Assembly (NCBI GenBank): GCA_007376485.1 | Contig: VMGJ01000001.1 | Span: 41,788-105,787, forward strand | DNA: 64,000 nucleotides | Source of the DNA: Parcubacteria group bacterium Licking1014_17 | GTDB lineage: Bacteria > Patescibacteriota > Minisyncoccia > 2-02-FULL-40-12 > IGHO2-01-FULL-4-A | Reading direction: 5' to 3' | Shown: piece by piece, positions 50,011-60,545 of the stretch | Layout of the letters: each line of letters opens with the position of its first letter | How positions within the stretch are numbered: position 1 is the stretch's first letter | The notes under the pieces: model-generated | Seen by the model: only the letters and a program-made list of their open reading frames with translations | What the model was told of the DNA's origin: nothing | Database searches by the model: none | Made by a program: the position numbers and the translations under genes

Positions 50011-51585
50011 ATGCTTGCTTTTATTGGAAAATTCATCAAAAAGCCGAGAAATATATTTTTTACAGCCATTTTAATTATTGGGCTTATTTTGATATTCTCA
50101 TCGCTTTCTAAGAGCTCGGGGAACACTATTGGCGGGATTGCCGTCGCCAGGGGCACGGTGGAGCAGATTGTCAATGTTACGGGTAAAATTAAATCAGCTG
50201 ACAAGATTAATCTGGCATTCGACAGATCGGGCAAAGTTACTTTCATAGGCGCTAAAGTCGGAGACAGGGTTGGCGCCGGCAGGATAATAATGAAACTAGA
50301 TACCAGCGAACTCGACGCGCAGGCAATGAACGCGAGTGCCGGCATTCAGGCGGCACAGGCAAGGCTGGACCAGGTCTCAAAAAGCGCACGAGGTGAAGAA
50401 GTTAATTTAGCCCAAGCGAATCTTAACAATTCCCTGCAATTACAGGTGGAAGCCAAAAAGAACGTCATAGACGCGATGCGTTCCGCGCTCGATACCGCTA
50501 TTAATTCTCTGGTTGCTTTTACCGACATTCAAAAAGAGTATTTTGCAAATTCATTTTCGGACAGTGTGGTTCTTATGGATATGAAGGAAAAAGTCATTTA
50601 TGCTATTTACGGCGAACACAATTTAGGCAGGACGGATGCCTGGTACTTCCTGGCTTTAAAGGGCGGTTTGGAGGGGCGTTTGAACGGTTTGGGAGCGGAT
50701 GCCGGCGACAGCACGATTAGCCAGTATGTGTCGGAATCTAAATCGGCCTTACTGTTGGTTCAGGACCTGCTTGAGTCCGCGCTAACGTATATGTCTAATC
50801 TCAACAGCGTAACCGATGCGGATAAAACAGCCGTTAATTCGGCAAAAACAGGGCTTCTTGCCCAAACTTCAGCGCTGAACGCCCAGCAGCAGAGTATAAT
50901 ATCCGCGAATAATGCCGTGAGCCAGGCGCGGGCGCAGTTATCTATAAAAGAAGTTCCCGGTTCTCTATATGATATTCAACTGGCCCAATCCCAACTTGAC
51001 CAGGCAAAAGCCAATCTTGCTTTAATCCAGGCGCAAATCGCCAAGTATTATATCAGAGCGCCGATCTCGGGCATTATAACCGATGTTGAGGGCAATGTCG
51101 GAGAAATCGCCGCGCCCAATAAAACGGCAATTTCAATTCTTGGAAATACGCCTTTCTATATTGAAGCGTTCGTGCCCGAAACCGATATCGTTCGTATTGG
51201 GGTGGGCGATAGTGCCAACGTAATATTGGATGCCTTCGGACCGGACACATTACTCTTCGCCAAAGTCACATCAATCAATCCGGCAGAAACCGTAATTGAA
51301 GGAGTAACCACTTTCAAAACGCGGCTTCAATTTGTTGATAAAAATCAGGAAATATTGCCGGGGTTAACGGCTGAAATAGATATTATCGCCGACAAAAAAG
51401 ACAATGTGCTGTATGCGCCGACGCGTTCAATCACGATTCGCGGCTCCAAGAGATATATTAAATTAATCAGAGGCGAAGACGGCAAGACCCAAGAGACGGA
51501 AGTAACTGTAGGATTGAAGGGCACGGATGGCAGGACTGAAATTGTTTCGGGGTTAAACGAGGGGCAAATTATCGCGCCAAGGTAA
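50011..51585 (+). CDS. MacA/HlyD-like membrane fusion protein
   Basis: NVTGKI, SGKV, IRAPISGII, VPETDI and GLNEG motifs. Confidence 0.9.
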   Translation: MLAFIGKFIKKPRNIFFTAILIIGLILIFSSLSKSSGNTIGGIAVARGTVEQIVNVTGKIKSADKINLAFDRSGKVTFIGAKVGDRVGAGRIIMKLDTSELDAQAMNASAGIQAAQARLDQVSKSARGEEVNLAQANLNNSLQLQVEAKKNVIDAMRSALDTAINSLVAFTDIQKEYFANSFSDSVVLMDMKEKVIYAIYGEHNLGRTDAWYFLALKGGLEGRLNGLGADAGDSTISQYVSESKSALLLVQDLLESALTYMSNLNSVTDADKTAVNSAKTGLLAQTSALNAQQQSIISANNAVSQARAQLSIKEVPGSLYDIQLAQSQLDQAKANLALIQAQIAKYYIRAPISGIITDVEGNVGEIAAPNKTAISILGNTPFYIEAFVPETDIVRIGVGDSANVILDAFGPDTLLFAKVTSINPAETVIEGVTTFKTRLQFVDKNQEILPGLTAEIDIIADKKDNVLYAPTRSITIRGSKRYIKLIRGEDGKTQETEVTVGLKGTDGRTEIVSGLNEGQIIAPR

Positions 51586-51615
51586 ATTGTCTGTTTTTTC
51601 GGGGTTTATAAAAAT

Positions 51616-51774
51616 GCGAATAATTAGCGGTTTTTATCATCATTTACCCTGCCAGCGTCAGGATTCATTCCGTCAGAGCTGTGGATTTGGCTTGAAGTTT
51701 AGGAAGATATTATACTTCAAGCCAACCGTGCAATCCACAGCTCTGAACGGTGCTAAAAACCGCTAGTTATTTGT
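51616..51774 (-). repeat. Structured intergenic element, subfamily C copy 2
   Basis: Loop ccagcg, bulge accgtgc, stem cagagctgtggatt / aatccacagctctg, outer stem tagcggttttta / taaaaaccgcta. Confidence 0.85.
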
Positions 51775-51781
51775 TTTTTTT

Positions 51782-52501
51782 ATGTCCTTAATAGAAGTAA
51801 AAAATCTGACAAAAATATACCGCGAGGGCGATGTTGAAACCCGCGCGGTTGACGAAATAAACCTTAAAATTGAGAAAGGCGAGTTTGTCGCAATTATAGG
51901 CCCGTCGGGCTCCGGCAAATCAACCCTACTTCAGATATTAGGAGGGTTGGACAGACCGACAAGCGGAGAATATTTATTTGATGATAAGGACATAAGCCGG
52001 CTTCCAGACAATGAAGTAGCCCACATTAGAAACCGCCAGATGGGTTTCGTTTTTCAGGCGTTTAATTTATTGCCCCGCCTGACCGTCATTGAAAACGTAA
52101 AATTACCTTTAATTTACCGGGGAGTTGATGAACCGGAAAGAACCGTGATAGCCCGCAAGATGATAGAACTTGTAGGTCTTCAGGACAGAGAGAACTACAA
52201 ATCAGTTAAGCTTTCGGGCGGCCAGAAACAGCGCGTGGCAATTGCCCGGGCGCTCGTCAATTCGCCGAAAGTTATTTTTGCCGATGAGCCAACCGGAAGT
52301 TTGGACTCAAAATCCGGCGAGGTTGTATTAAAATATCTGGAGGAATTAAATGGGGAGGGCAATACAATTGTAATGGTGACGCACGAAAGTTACGTAGCCA
52401 AAACGGCTAAGCGCATTATTATGTTGAGAGACGGTAAAATTGAAAGCGACGAACCGGTAAGTGAAAGGCATTCGGCGTTTAAGGACGGTTTAATAAAATA
52501 A
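51782..52501 (+). CDS. ABC transporter ATP-binding protein (MacB/LolD type)
   Basis: [22 protein letters not shown] and ADEPTG motifs. Confidence 0.95.
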   Translation: MSLIEVKNLTKIYREGDVETRAVDEINLKIEKGEFVAIIGPSGSGKSTLLQILGGLDRPTSGEYLFDDKDISRLPDNEVAHIRNRQMGFVFQAFNLLPRLTVIENVKLPLIYRGVDEPERTVIARKMIELVGLQDRENYKSVKLSGGQKQRVAIARALVNSPKVIFADEPTGSLDSKSGEVVLKYLEELNGEGNTIVMVTHESYVAKTAKRIIMLRDGKIESDEPVSERHSAFKDGLIK

Positions 52502-52503
52502 TT

Positions 52504-53745
52504 ATGTTCATCAGGGATATATTCACAATGTCGGTCAAAGGGGTGTCTATCCAGAAATCGCGTTCAGCGCTGACAATTTTAGGCATCGTAATCGGTATCG
52601 CGTCGGTAATTTTAATAATGTCCCTCGGCAGTAGCGCTCAAAGTCTGATTGTCAGCCAGGTTGAAAGCCTGGGTCCCGCTAATATTTTTATATTGCCCGG
52701 CAGAGAGCCGACCAGTGTTCAGGATTTTGCCGGTTCGTTGCTTAGCGATTCACTGCGGGAGCGCGACGTCGCCGAATTAAAGAAAAAAGAGAATGTGCCT
52801 CATATGGTTCGTATTGTGCCATTTGTTTTCGGTCCGGCGGTGATGTCTTACGAGTCAGAGGTAAGAAGCGAAACGGTTATCGGCGGGACCTCGGAATTGG
52901 CGAGCACCTTTAATTTAACGGTCGGCACGGGCGATTTTTACACCGATGACGACGTTCTTCAAAAAAACCAGGTAGTGGTGCTTGGTTCCAAAATCGCCAC
53001 TGATTTATTCGGAACGCAGGATATAATCGGCCATCGGGTGCACATAAAAGACAGGTCTTTCAGGGTGATTGGCGTGATGGATTCAAAGGGGCAAGGTTCG
53101 TTTGCCGATTTTGACCAATCGGTTCTGATGCCCTATTCAACCGCCCAGCAGTATCTTTTGGGCATCAGGTATTTTCACAGGATAATTATCGAAATAGATT
53201 CGGCTAATTACATAAATGACAGCATAGCGGATATACAGGATACGCTTCGGACAACCCATAATATCAAGGATCCTTCCAAGGATGATTTTAACGTAAAAAC
53301 ACAGGCGGATTTGGTAAAAACAGTGGGGAGCATAACAACCGTGCTCACAACGCTGTTGTCAGCCGTGGCGGCGATTTCACTGCTTGTTGGTGGCATCGGC
53401 ATTATGAACATAATGCTGGTTTCCGTTACCGAGCGCACGCGAGAAATCGGCTTGAGAAAAGCGCTAGGTGCGACAAACAGGGATGTTCTGCTTCAATTTC
53501 TGCTTGAAGCCGTGATTCTGACTTTAGCCGGAGGCGTTATTGGAATAATTATCGGCGCGGGTGGGTCTTTATTGGCGTCTATCGCTTTTAAAAGTCTTGT
53601 ATCTTCGAGCTGGAATTTTTCCCTCCCGTTTTCCGCGATTTTACTTGGCTGCGGCGTGTCGGTGATTATTGGAATTATTTTCGGCATTTATCCGGCGCGC
53701 TCGGCCGCCAAGAAAAGCCCGATGGAGGCGTTGAGGTACGAATAA
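52504..53745 (+). CDS. ABC transporter permease (MacB/FtsX type)
   Basis: GGIGIMNIMLVSVTERTREIG and ALRYE motifs. Confidence 0.95.
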   Translation: MFIRDIFTMSVKGVSIQKSRSALTILGIVIGIASVILIMSLGSSAQSLIVSQVESLGPANIFILPGREPTSVQDFAGSLLSDSLRERDVAELKKKENVPHMVRIVPFVFGPAVMSYESEVRSETVIGGTSELASTFNLTVGTGDFYTDDDVLQKNQVVVLGSKIATDLFGTQDIIGHRVHIKDRSFRVIGVMDSKGQGSFADFDQSVLMPYSTAQQYLLGIRYFHRIIIEIDSANYINDSIADIQDTLRTTHNIKDPSKDDFNVKTQADLVKTVGSITTVLTTLLSAVAAISLLVGGIGIMNIMLVSVTERTREIGLRKALGATNRDVLLQFLLEAVILTLAGGVIGIIIGAGGSLLASIAFKSLVSSSWNFSLPFSAILLGCGVSVIIGIIFGIYPARSAAKKSPMEALRYE

Positions 53746-53751
53746 ACTCTC

Positions 53752-53886
53752 GCTAATCGCTTTGACGGACGTAAATTTTCCCGGCGAGAAAATTTACTCT
53801 CGTGATGTTGCTGTTGTTTGTCAAGACATAAAGCCGTTGACAAAACCATGCCAACAGCAACATCAAGAGCCGACAAAGCGATTAGC
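53752..53886 (-). repeat. Structured intergenic element, subfamily B copy 5
   Basis: Stem tgatgttgctgttg / caacagcaacatca; loop ccggcg; bulge accatgc. Confidence 0.9.
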
Positions 53887-53968
53887 TCGTTTCACATCAT
53901 TCACCCATCATTAGCGAATAGATGTATTGTTGATATGTTTTTATTTTTAAGTGGTAGAATATTTTTAT

Positions 53969-54250
53969 ATGGTTACGGGAATAATTGTTTTTTTAATAGA
54001 TTTAGTTGTGGGTATAATTGAGGTTCTGCTGGCTTTGCGGTTTTTACTCCGGCTTTTTGGGGCGAGCGGGGTGGCGGCATTTGTGGCGTGGATTTACAGG
54101 GTAAGCCAGGTCTTCAGGGAGCCGTTCGCAGGCATTTTGCCCGATATCCACTTAACCCAAAGATTGGTTTTGGAGTTATCGTCTCTTGTGGCAATTATCA
54201 TTTACGGAATCATCGGCTATTTGGTGATAAGGTTTCTGCACAAAATGTAG
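53969..54250 (+). CDS. YggT family membrane protein
   Basis: LRFLLRLFGA..FVAWIY..PFAGI pattern. Start moved to ATG 53969. Confidence 0.8.
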   Translation: MVTGIIVFLIDLVVGIIEVLLALRFLLRLFGASGVAAFVAWIYRVSQVFREPFAGILPDIHLTQRLVLELSSLVAIIIYGIIGYLVIRFLHKM

Positions 54251-54286
54251 CTTTCATTTATTTCGCGAGGAGTGTAGAATGAGGCG

Positions 54287-55231
54287 GTGAAATACACTGT
54301 CTTGTTTTTATTTGTACTTCTTTTTGCCGCGGGTATAACGCTGGGTTTTCTGGGGCGGAATGTCGTTTTCGTAAAAAATTCCGCTGGCGGTAATTTCCCG
54401 ATAGCAATAAAAACTCCGGAACCGGAGAAAACTCTCCTGATTTTGGGCGATATTATGCTTGGGCGGCACGTTGAAGTGCTCATGGACAAAAACGGCGAAG
54501 ATTACCCTTTTGAAAAAATTTCCGGCTTGCTCAAAGGCGCCGATTTGGTTTTTGCCAATCTTGAAGGGCCGATTGTAAACGACCATCAGCGGACGCCGGA
54601 ACTTTCCACCTTCTTTTCTTTCAAGAGCTCAATTGCTACTTTGCTGAAGAAATACAATATCGGCGTTGTCTCGCTCGCCAATAACCATTTGCTTGACCAG
54701 GGGAAAATAGGGCTTCAGGATGCGAAAGATTTACTCGCTTTAGCCAGCGTCGCGTATACCGGCGATCCGACGACTATTGATGCAGATAATATTTTTTATA
54801 CAAAACTGGGGAATGCGAACCTCGCTTTAATCGGATTCAATGCCACCTGGCCGAGTTTCGATAAAGTTAAGGCGTTCAATCTTATTAAATCTGTTAAAAC
54901 CGCGAGTCCGGACAAATTTGTTATTGTTTATCTCCATTGGGGCGAAGAATATCAGGTTAAATCTAATGCGGCCCAGAAAGCCCTATCTCATGAGATGATT
55001 GATGCCGGCGCGGACTTAATTGTCGGCAGCCATCCTCACGTCGTTCAGGACGAAGAAACCTATAAAGACAAGCGCGTATTTTATTCCCTCGGCAATTTTA
55101 TTTTTGACCAGTATTTTTCAAAAGAAGTCCAAACCGGACGGGCGATAAGGGTAAAATTCAGCGGGGGTAGTGTTAGTTATGAAACCATTCCCTATGTCAG
55201 CAAATTGAGCCAACCCCAACCTGTGTTATAA
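54287..55231 (+). CDS. CapA family metallophosphoesterase
   Basis: GDIMLGR, NLEGP, ANNH, HWGEEY, GSHPH and YSLGNFIF motifs. Confidence 0.92.
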   Translation: MKYTVLFLFVLLFAAGITLGFLGRNVVFVKNSAGGNFPIAIKTPEPEKTLLILGDIMLGRHVEVLMDKNGEDYPFEKISGLLKGADLVFANLEGPIVNDHQRTPELSTFFSFKSSIATLLKKYNIGVVSLANNHLLDQGKIGLQDAKDLLALASVAYTGDPTTIDADNIFYTKLGNANLALIGFNATWPSFDKVKAFNLIKSVKTASPDKFVIVYLHWGEEYQVKSNAAQKALSHEMIDAGADLIVGSHPHVVQDEETYKDKRVFYSLGNFIFDQYFSKEVQTGRAIRVKFSGGSVSYETIPYVSKLSQPQPVL

Positions 55232-55239
55232 TTTTCCTA

Positions 55240-56874
55240 ATGGCTTCTGGTTTTTTGGATATAGCTTTGATAGTTATTTTAGCGGCGGTTTTTGGTTTCA
55301 CGCTCAAAGCTTTAAAACAGCCGACAATACTCGCTTATATCTTAGCCGGAGTAGCCATCGGCTATTTTAATTTGGTTGGAAACGCCGAGCCGTTGAAAGT
55401 ATTTTCCGAGCTCGGTGTCGTGTTGCTTTTGTTTTTAGTCGGGCTGGAAATCAATTTCAGCGCCCTGAATCTGGTAAGCAAGCCGTCAATCATAATCGGG
55501 CTTCTGCAGATGGCTTTTACTTTTGCCCTTGCTTTGCTTTTAGCCGGAGTTTTGCATATAAGCCATTCCTCCGCGCTTTATCTCGCGGCGGCGATTACTT
55601 TTTCCAGCACGATTATTGTCGTTAAATTGCTATCCGAAAAAAAGGACATTGGCAGTCTTCACGGAAAAATCAGTGTCGGAGTTTTATTGGTTCAAGACTT
55701 GATTGCGATTTTGGTCTTAATGCTCGTCGAAAACGCCTATGTCAATCAAGCGGGGAAAAATGCGGTTCTGATGATAGCGGGGGGAATTTTAGTTTTAATT
55801 GCTCTGCTGATTATCGGCAGAAAACTTGTTTCAAAAGTATTTTCAAAGATTTCTCGTTCCAATGAACTGCTGTTTATATCGAGTATCGCGTGGATGTTTG
55901 TTGCCGCGTTAATAACCAAAGGGATAGGCCTTTCCATGGAAATTGGCGGACTTATCGCAGGCGTGGCAATTGCCAATTCCATTGAAAGCCTGCAAATCGC
56001 CGGCAAAATCAGGCCGCTTAGGGATTTTTTTGTGATGATTTTCTTCGTTATGCTCGGCGCGTCCATGTCCCTGCCCATGCTTGGCGCGCTGTGGCCCAAA
56101 ATCATTATTCTGCTGTTGTTTGTGCTGATAATTAAGCCGGTAATTATTATGGCGATTATGGGTATCCTCGGCTATCGGAAAAGGACCAGCTTCATGGTCG
56201 GCGTGTCGTTGGCGCAGATATCGGAATTCAGCCTTATACTGGCGGCTCTGGGCTTGCGATTGGGGCACATAGACCAGCAGACCGCCGCGCTAATCACCGC
56301 GGTTGGCATCTTGTCAATCATATTTTCTTCATATTATATTGTGTTCGGCGAAAAAATATACAAGAAGCTTTCCTGGATTCTTTCAATTTTTGAAAAAATC
56401 GATGCCAGCAGGGAAAATTATAAGACGGGTCCCGCGTCAGCGCCCATTGTTATCGTGGGGTTTCAGAGAACCGGGAAAAGCATCGCCGGAGGGCTTGATA
56501 AAAAAGACCTGCTTATTGTTGATTTTGACCCGGACGCCAAAAAATATCTGGACGAAAACGGCTATAAATACATTTTCGGCGATATTTCCGATTCGGAAAT
56601 ATGCAGAGAGGTTGATTTTAAAAAGACTAAACTAGTTGTAAGCACCGTCCCCGATTTAAACCACAATTTATCTTTAATTTCACACGTCAAAAAAGAGGGC
56701 GGCGGCTGCAAAATTATCGCGAGAGCCGAAAACGAAAAGGACGCCGGTATTTTATACCGCCACGGCGCGGATTACGTCCTAGTGCCGAACATCACCGCCG
56801 GGCATGTTCTTGGCAGTTTTATCACTCTGGATTCAAGCCTTGATTTTATCGGCAAACTTCGCGCGAAAATTTAA
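55240..56874 (+). CDS. CPA2 cation:proton antiporter with TrkA-N domain
   Basis: FSSTIIVVK, VQD and QISEFS motifs; C-terminal Rossmann domain. Confidence 0.92.
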   Translation: MASGFLDIALIVILAAVFGFTLKALKQPTILAYILAGVAIGYFNLVGNAEPLKVFSELGVVLLLFLVGLEINFSALNLVSKPSIIIGLLQMAFTFALALLLAGVLHISHSSALYLAAAITFSSTIIVVKLLSEKKDIGSLHGKISVGVLLVQDLIAILVLMLVENAYVNQAGKNAVLMIAGGILVLIALLIIGRKLVSKVFSKISRSNELLFISSIAWMFVAALITKGIGLSMEIGGLIAGVAIANSIESLQIAGKIRPLRDFFVMIFFVMLGASMSLPMLGALWPKIIILLLFVLIIKPVIIMAIMGILGYRKRTSFMVGVSLAQISEFSLILAALGLRLGHIDQQTAALITAVGILSIIFSSYYIVFGEKIYKKLSWILSIFEKIDASRENYKTGPASAPIVIVGFQRTGKSIAGGLDKKDLLIVDFDPDAKKYLDENGYKYIFGDISDSEICREVDFKKTKLVVSTVPDLNHNLSLISHVKKEGGGCKIIARAENEKDAGILYRHGADYVLVPNITAGHVLGSFITLDSSLDFIGKLRAKI

Positions 56875-57440
56875 TATTTTCTTATAACCGCTCTGACGAC
56901 AGCGGCGATGTTGAGTTCATGTCTTGGAACTATGGGCTTGTATTTTTTGTTCCCGGGGACAAGCAGAACCTTGCCGTCTTTTTTCTTGAAAAATTTCATT
57001 GTCCATTCGTGGTCTACTTCGGCAACAACAATATCGCCGTTGTGAGGCAGTTTCCCGCGCTCCACCAAAACCATATCTCCCGGCAATATCCCGGCTTCAA
57101 CCATCGAGTCGCCTTTAACTTTTAAAATAAAACTGGACTCGTAATTTCTGATTAAGTATTCGTCTATGTTGATTGTTTCCGCTTTTTCCTGCTCCGCCGA
57201 AAGGGGAATGCCGGCTTCTACCGTGCCGAGAATTCTTACCATTCCTGAAAGTTTATTGGGTATCAGCCTGCCGGCGCTGTCCTTCTCAACTAGGTCGGCT
57301 TCTATCATTTTATTGACCAGCCGGTAGATGGCATTTTTGGATTTAAAACCGGTCAGCTTCATAATTTCGCTGTAACTCGGCATTCTCCGGAACTTCCTTA
57401 AAAAATTTAAAATTTTGGCCGAATATTCTTCTATGCCCAT
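56871..57440 (-). CDS. lexA: LexA repressor
   Basis: PSYSEI HTH, AG cleavage site (VEAGIP), VKGDSM and TMK catalytic motifs. Confidence 0.92.
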   Translation of the reverse strand: MGIEEYSAKILNFLRKFRRMPSYSEIMKLTGFKSKNAIYRLVNKMIEADLVEKDSAGRLIPNKLSGMVRILGTVEAGIPLSAEQEKAETINIDEYLIRNYESSFILKVKGDSMVEAGILPGDMVLVERGKLPHNGDIVVAEVDHEWTMKFFKKKDGKVLLVPGNKKYKPIVPRHELNIAAVVRAVIRKY

Positions 57441-57446
57441 ATGATA

Positions 57447-57475
57447 ATAATAGTAAACGAACGTTCACTTGGCAA
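57447..57475 (-). promoter_or_regulatory. lexA promoter with overlapping palindromic operator
   Basis: TTGCCA-17-TATTAT on the - strand; AGTAAAC-gaac-GTTCACT at 57452-57469. Confidence 0.65.
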
Positions 57476-57498
57476 ATGAAGTTGTGGATAAGTAGTTA

Positions 57499-57716
57499 CT
57501 GGCGGCAAACTGCTTTTTCGCAGATGCTCGGGCTTTCCAGCGAAGCCCTCGCTTATACCTCGCCAGTTTTCCCCCACCAGCACGCTGGTGAGGGACCAAG
57601 CAAAACTGGCTCAGTGTACTGCTCAAAGACATATTCCCCAGTCAAAACAGCGGCAATCTCAATAGCCCTCAAAGCATATTGGCTCACTGCACCGCTCAAA
57701 AGCGGTTTGCCGCCAG
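57499..57716 (-). repeat. Structured intergenic element, subfamily A copy 3, composite with B and A fragments
   Basis: A core (57518-57624) plus a B-type end and a second A-type end, inside outer stem ctggcggcaaactgctttt / aaaagcggtttgccgccag. Confidence 0.88.
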
Positions 57717-57751
57717 CTCGGGTTGTAATTTTACCTTTTCCTTTATAAAAT

Positions 57752-58393
57752 ATGGATATGGAAAAAATGAGTACTGAGAATAGTGAACAGATAGGAAAGA
57801 AAGAAGATATTAGCCTTATAAGAGTGGAAGATCTTTTAGATATGCTTGAGGCCAAGCTTCCGACTCATTCACTGGCGGCGTTTAGAGATTTTCGTAAAAA
57901 ACTTGAATCTGGCGGTCAGCGTGTACTTGAAAATCCACCGCCTCAGGCCCCTCAGCCATCGGAAAGCATTTCGGAAAGTGTTGAGGAGTTATCTCCCTTA
58001 GTAAAACGGACAACAGATATGTTTAACAGACTAAAGAATGATCCAGATGTGTTGTATGCCGAACGTGAAAACTTTTGGGAAAAATTAAATGCGATTAAGA
58101 CAAAAGTTGACGCCAAAGAAGCTAGAGAAGGTTTTGGAACGGCAACGGGAGGAAAATTCATTGCGGACGGGAATGGAGAATTTTATGTGGTTAAACTGGA
58201 TGGAAAATTTTTCGTATTCCCATCCTTCAATTATGACCCAAATTGGCCAACGGTCAGAGCGGCATTTGAACTTCCTCCGTTGCAGGGACATTTTCCTAGA
58301 GGCATTGAACTGGTAATGCCGGCACCATGCAAGCAAGAGGGAAGCAGGCGGGAATGGACCTTTACCGAAAAAGGCAAGATGCGGCCGCTTTAA
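57752..58393 (+). CDS. Hypothetical protein
   Basis: 213-aa ORF; no recognisable motif. Confidence 0.65.
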   Translation: MDMEKMSTENSEQIGKKEDISLIRVEDLLDMLEAKLPTHSLAAFRDFRKKLESGGQRVLENPPPQAPQPSESISESVEELSPLVKRTTDMFNRLKNDPDVLYAERENFWEKLNAIKTKVDAKEAREGFGTATGGKFIADGNGEFYVVKLDGKFFVFPSFNYDPNWPTVRAAFELPPLQGHFPRGIELVMPAPCKQEGSRREWTFTEKGKMRPL

Positions 58394-58407
58394 GCAGTCG
58401 CCATTTT

Positions 58408-59805
58408 TTACTTTGAAACCAATGTTTCGTGGGTTTCGGCTATTTCGGCGGCTATTATTTCCTTGCCGACGCTGAAATATTTTCGCGACAGGCGCCGAAG
58501 AAGAAATGTAAGAACAGAAACTTTGAGTAAACTGCCGAAGAAGTAACCCAATGCCAGACCGGCAACGCCCATATTGAGTTTGACGGCGAAGAAATATCCG
58601 GCGCCGACCGCCAAAGCCAGTCCGCACAACCCGACTATAACCGGCGTGATGCTGTTTTTAAGCGAGTAAAACCCGCGGGCAATCAGATGATTCAAACTTT
58701 CGGTCGGAATCGATAATGAAAAGAACCCGAGGGTGTATGCCGTTGTTTTTACCGCCGATTCAGTAAAAGCGCCGCCGCCTAAAATGTAGGCAATAAGCGG
58801 CTGGCGGATTAAATACAATAAAATTGCCGCCGCGACGGAAGTTAGGAGTATTATTTTCAGAGTGAATTTTATTTCTTTGGAAAAAGCCTGCCTGTCTTTT
58901 TCGGCGGTCATTTTCGCCAGAACCGGAAACGCGGTGAGGGCGAAGGTAATGCCGATGATATTTATGGGCATGCTCTGGAATTTATTGGCAAAATTTAAAA
59001 TTGCGATTGAGCCCGCGCTCAAAGTTGACGCAATAATGGTAAATCCGAGAAATATCATTTGCTCAACCGGGTGTCCGATCATTTTCGGCGCCATTAACCT
59101 AAGAAATCTTTTATACTGGTCGTTTAATTTAAACTGGAATTTGAATTTATAATCCGATTTCCAGAGTCCTATCATCCGGGCGACTAGATGGAGAACCGCG
59201 CCGCCAATCGCGCCGACCGCGGTGGCGTAAATGCCGATTTTATGCGAAAGAAGCAGCGTCCCTGCAATTATGCCAACATTGTAAAGAACCGCCGATGTCC
59301 CGTACCAGAAAAATCTTTCTTCGCTGACAAGCATGCTCCCAAGAGTATTGCTGATGGCAAAAATTATGGGTGACAAAAGAAGAATCCGCAATAAATTGAC
59401 AAAAGTGCTTCTTGACGCCGCGTCAAATCCGGGAACAATCAAGTGGCTTAAAAACGGAGCAAGAAGGAAAACTATCAAGCCGACTATTATAACGACAACA
59501 AGCGAACTATTAAGAACTGCATTGGTAAATTGTTTGTGGTCCTCGCCGCGGTTCTTTAATTCCGCGAAAATAGGGATGAAAGCCGCCGTCAGGGCGCCGG
59601 CGACAAAAATGTTCAATATCAAATCAGGCGCCGTAAAGGCGGCGTTATACGCATCCAACGCGCGGGCGGCTCCGAATTGCTGGGCAAGAATCCTGTCCCG
59701 CAAAATACCGAAAAGATAGCTCACGAGAGTGGTAATGGCCAAAACCGCCGAACCTCTGAAAAAGTTCTTTCTGGAAAATATTGAAGAAAATAAATTACTC
59801 ACCAT
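58408..59805 (-). CDS. murJ: Lipid II flippase MurJ/MviN
   Basis: GILRDRILAQQFGA, AAFTAPD, AAFIPIF and RGFYSLKNSITP motifs. Confidence 0.92.
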   Translation of the reverse strand: MVSNLFSSIFSRKNFFRGSAVLAITTLVSYLFGILRDRILAQQFGAARALDAYNAAFTAPDLILNIFVAGALTAAFIPIFAELKNRGEDHKQFTNAVLNSSLVVVIIVGLIVFLLAPFLSHLIVPGFDAASRSTFVNLLRILLLSPIIFAISNTLGSMLVSEERFFWYGTSAVLYNVGIIAGTLLLSHKIGIYATAVGAIGGAVLHLVARMIGLWKSDYKFKFQFKLNDQYKRFLRLMAPKMIGHPVEQMIFLGFTIIASTLSAGSIAILNFANKFQSMPINIIGITFALTAFPVLAKMTAEKDRQAFSKEIKFTLKIILLTSVAAAILLYLIRQPLIAYILGGGAFTESAVKTTAYTLGFFSLSIPTESLNHLIARGFYSLKNSITPVIVGLCGLALAVGAGYFFAVKLNMGVAGLALGYFFGSLLKVSVLTFLLRRLSRKYFSVGKEIIAAEIAETHETLVSK

Positions 59806-59892
59806 CAGATATTAGCACGGCTTTTGATTCAAAAAAAGTTGTCCACAATTGAAGCGCACGGAAACGTAAGTTATATTTATTGTTAAAACATT

Positions 59893-60306
59893 ATGGACGT
59901 CATGGATAAACAAGTAGTGATTTTATTTATTATTGTTTTTATCGTAATTACTTTTTCGGTTTTTGGGGCGAGTAATTTTATTGAGAATCTACATTTCGGC
60001 GGAGACAGCGCCAATGCCTCGGATAACACAGGCATGAAAATTATTTTGACCAACGACGGGATTTTTCCTGACGTCGTAACGATAAAATCCGGCGGACGTG
60101 CCGTTTTCCAAAATTCCGACACGCAGCCACATTCAATCGGGCTTGAAAAAAATGGCGATGCCAGTATTTGCGCCGGTCTGGCGAACGTTATTATTCAAAG
60201 CGGCAGATATTATTCAAATACTTTTCACGATAAAGGTATTTGCCGTTTTTTTGACCGTTCCGGCTCTGCAACGGCCGGTTTCAGGGGAGAAATTATTGTG
60301 AAATAA
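59893..60306 (+). CDS. Cupredoxin-like exported protein
   Basis: FPDVVTIKSG..VFQNSDTQPHSI..GEIIVK; copper ligands look incomplete. Confidence 0.7.
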   Translation: MDVMDKQVVILFIIVFIVITFSVFGASNFIENLHFGGDSANASDNTGMKIILTNDGIFPDVVTIKSGGRAVFQNSDTQPHSIGLEKNGDASICAGLANVIIQSGRYYSNTFHDKGICRFFDRSGSATAGFRGEIIVK

Positions 60307-60330
60307 AAATCTGCGATCAAATACCATAAA

Positions 60331-60474
60331 CTGGTTGGGAATATATCTTTTCGCAGATGCTCGGGCTTTCCAGCGAAGCCCTCGCTTATACCTCGCCAGT
60401 TTTCCCGCACTATATCAGTGCGGGGCCAAGCAAAACTGGCTCGCTGTACTGCTCAGAGATATATTTCCAGCCAG
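60331..60474 (-). repeat. Structured intergenic element, subfamily A copy 4
   Basis: A core; outer stem ctggttgggaatatatcttt / agagatatatttccagccag. Confidence 0.92.
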
Positions 60475-60545
60475 CCATCATGCATCGACTCATAGTCGGA
60501 TTATTATGTTGGTTTACTATTATTAGCATATGCTATAATAAAAAG

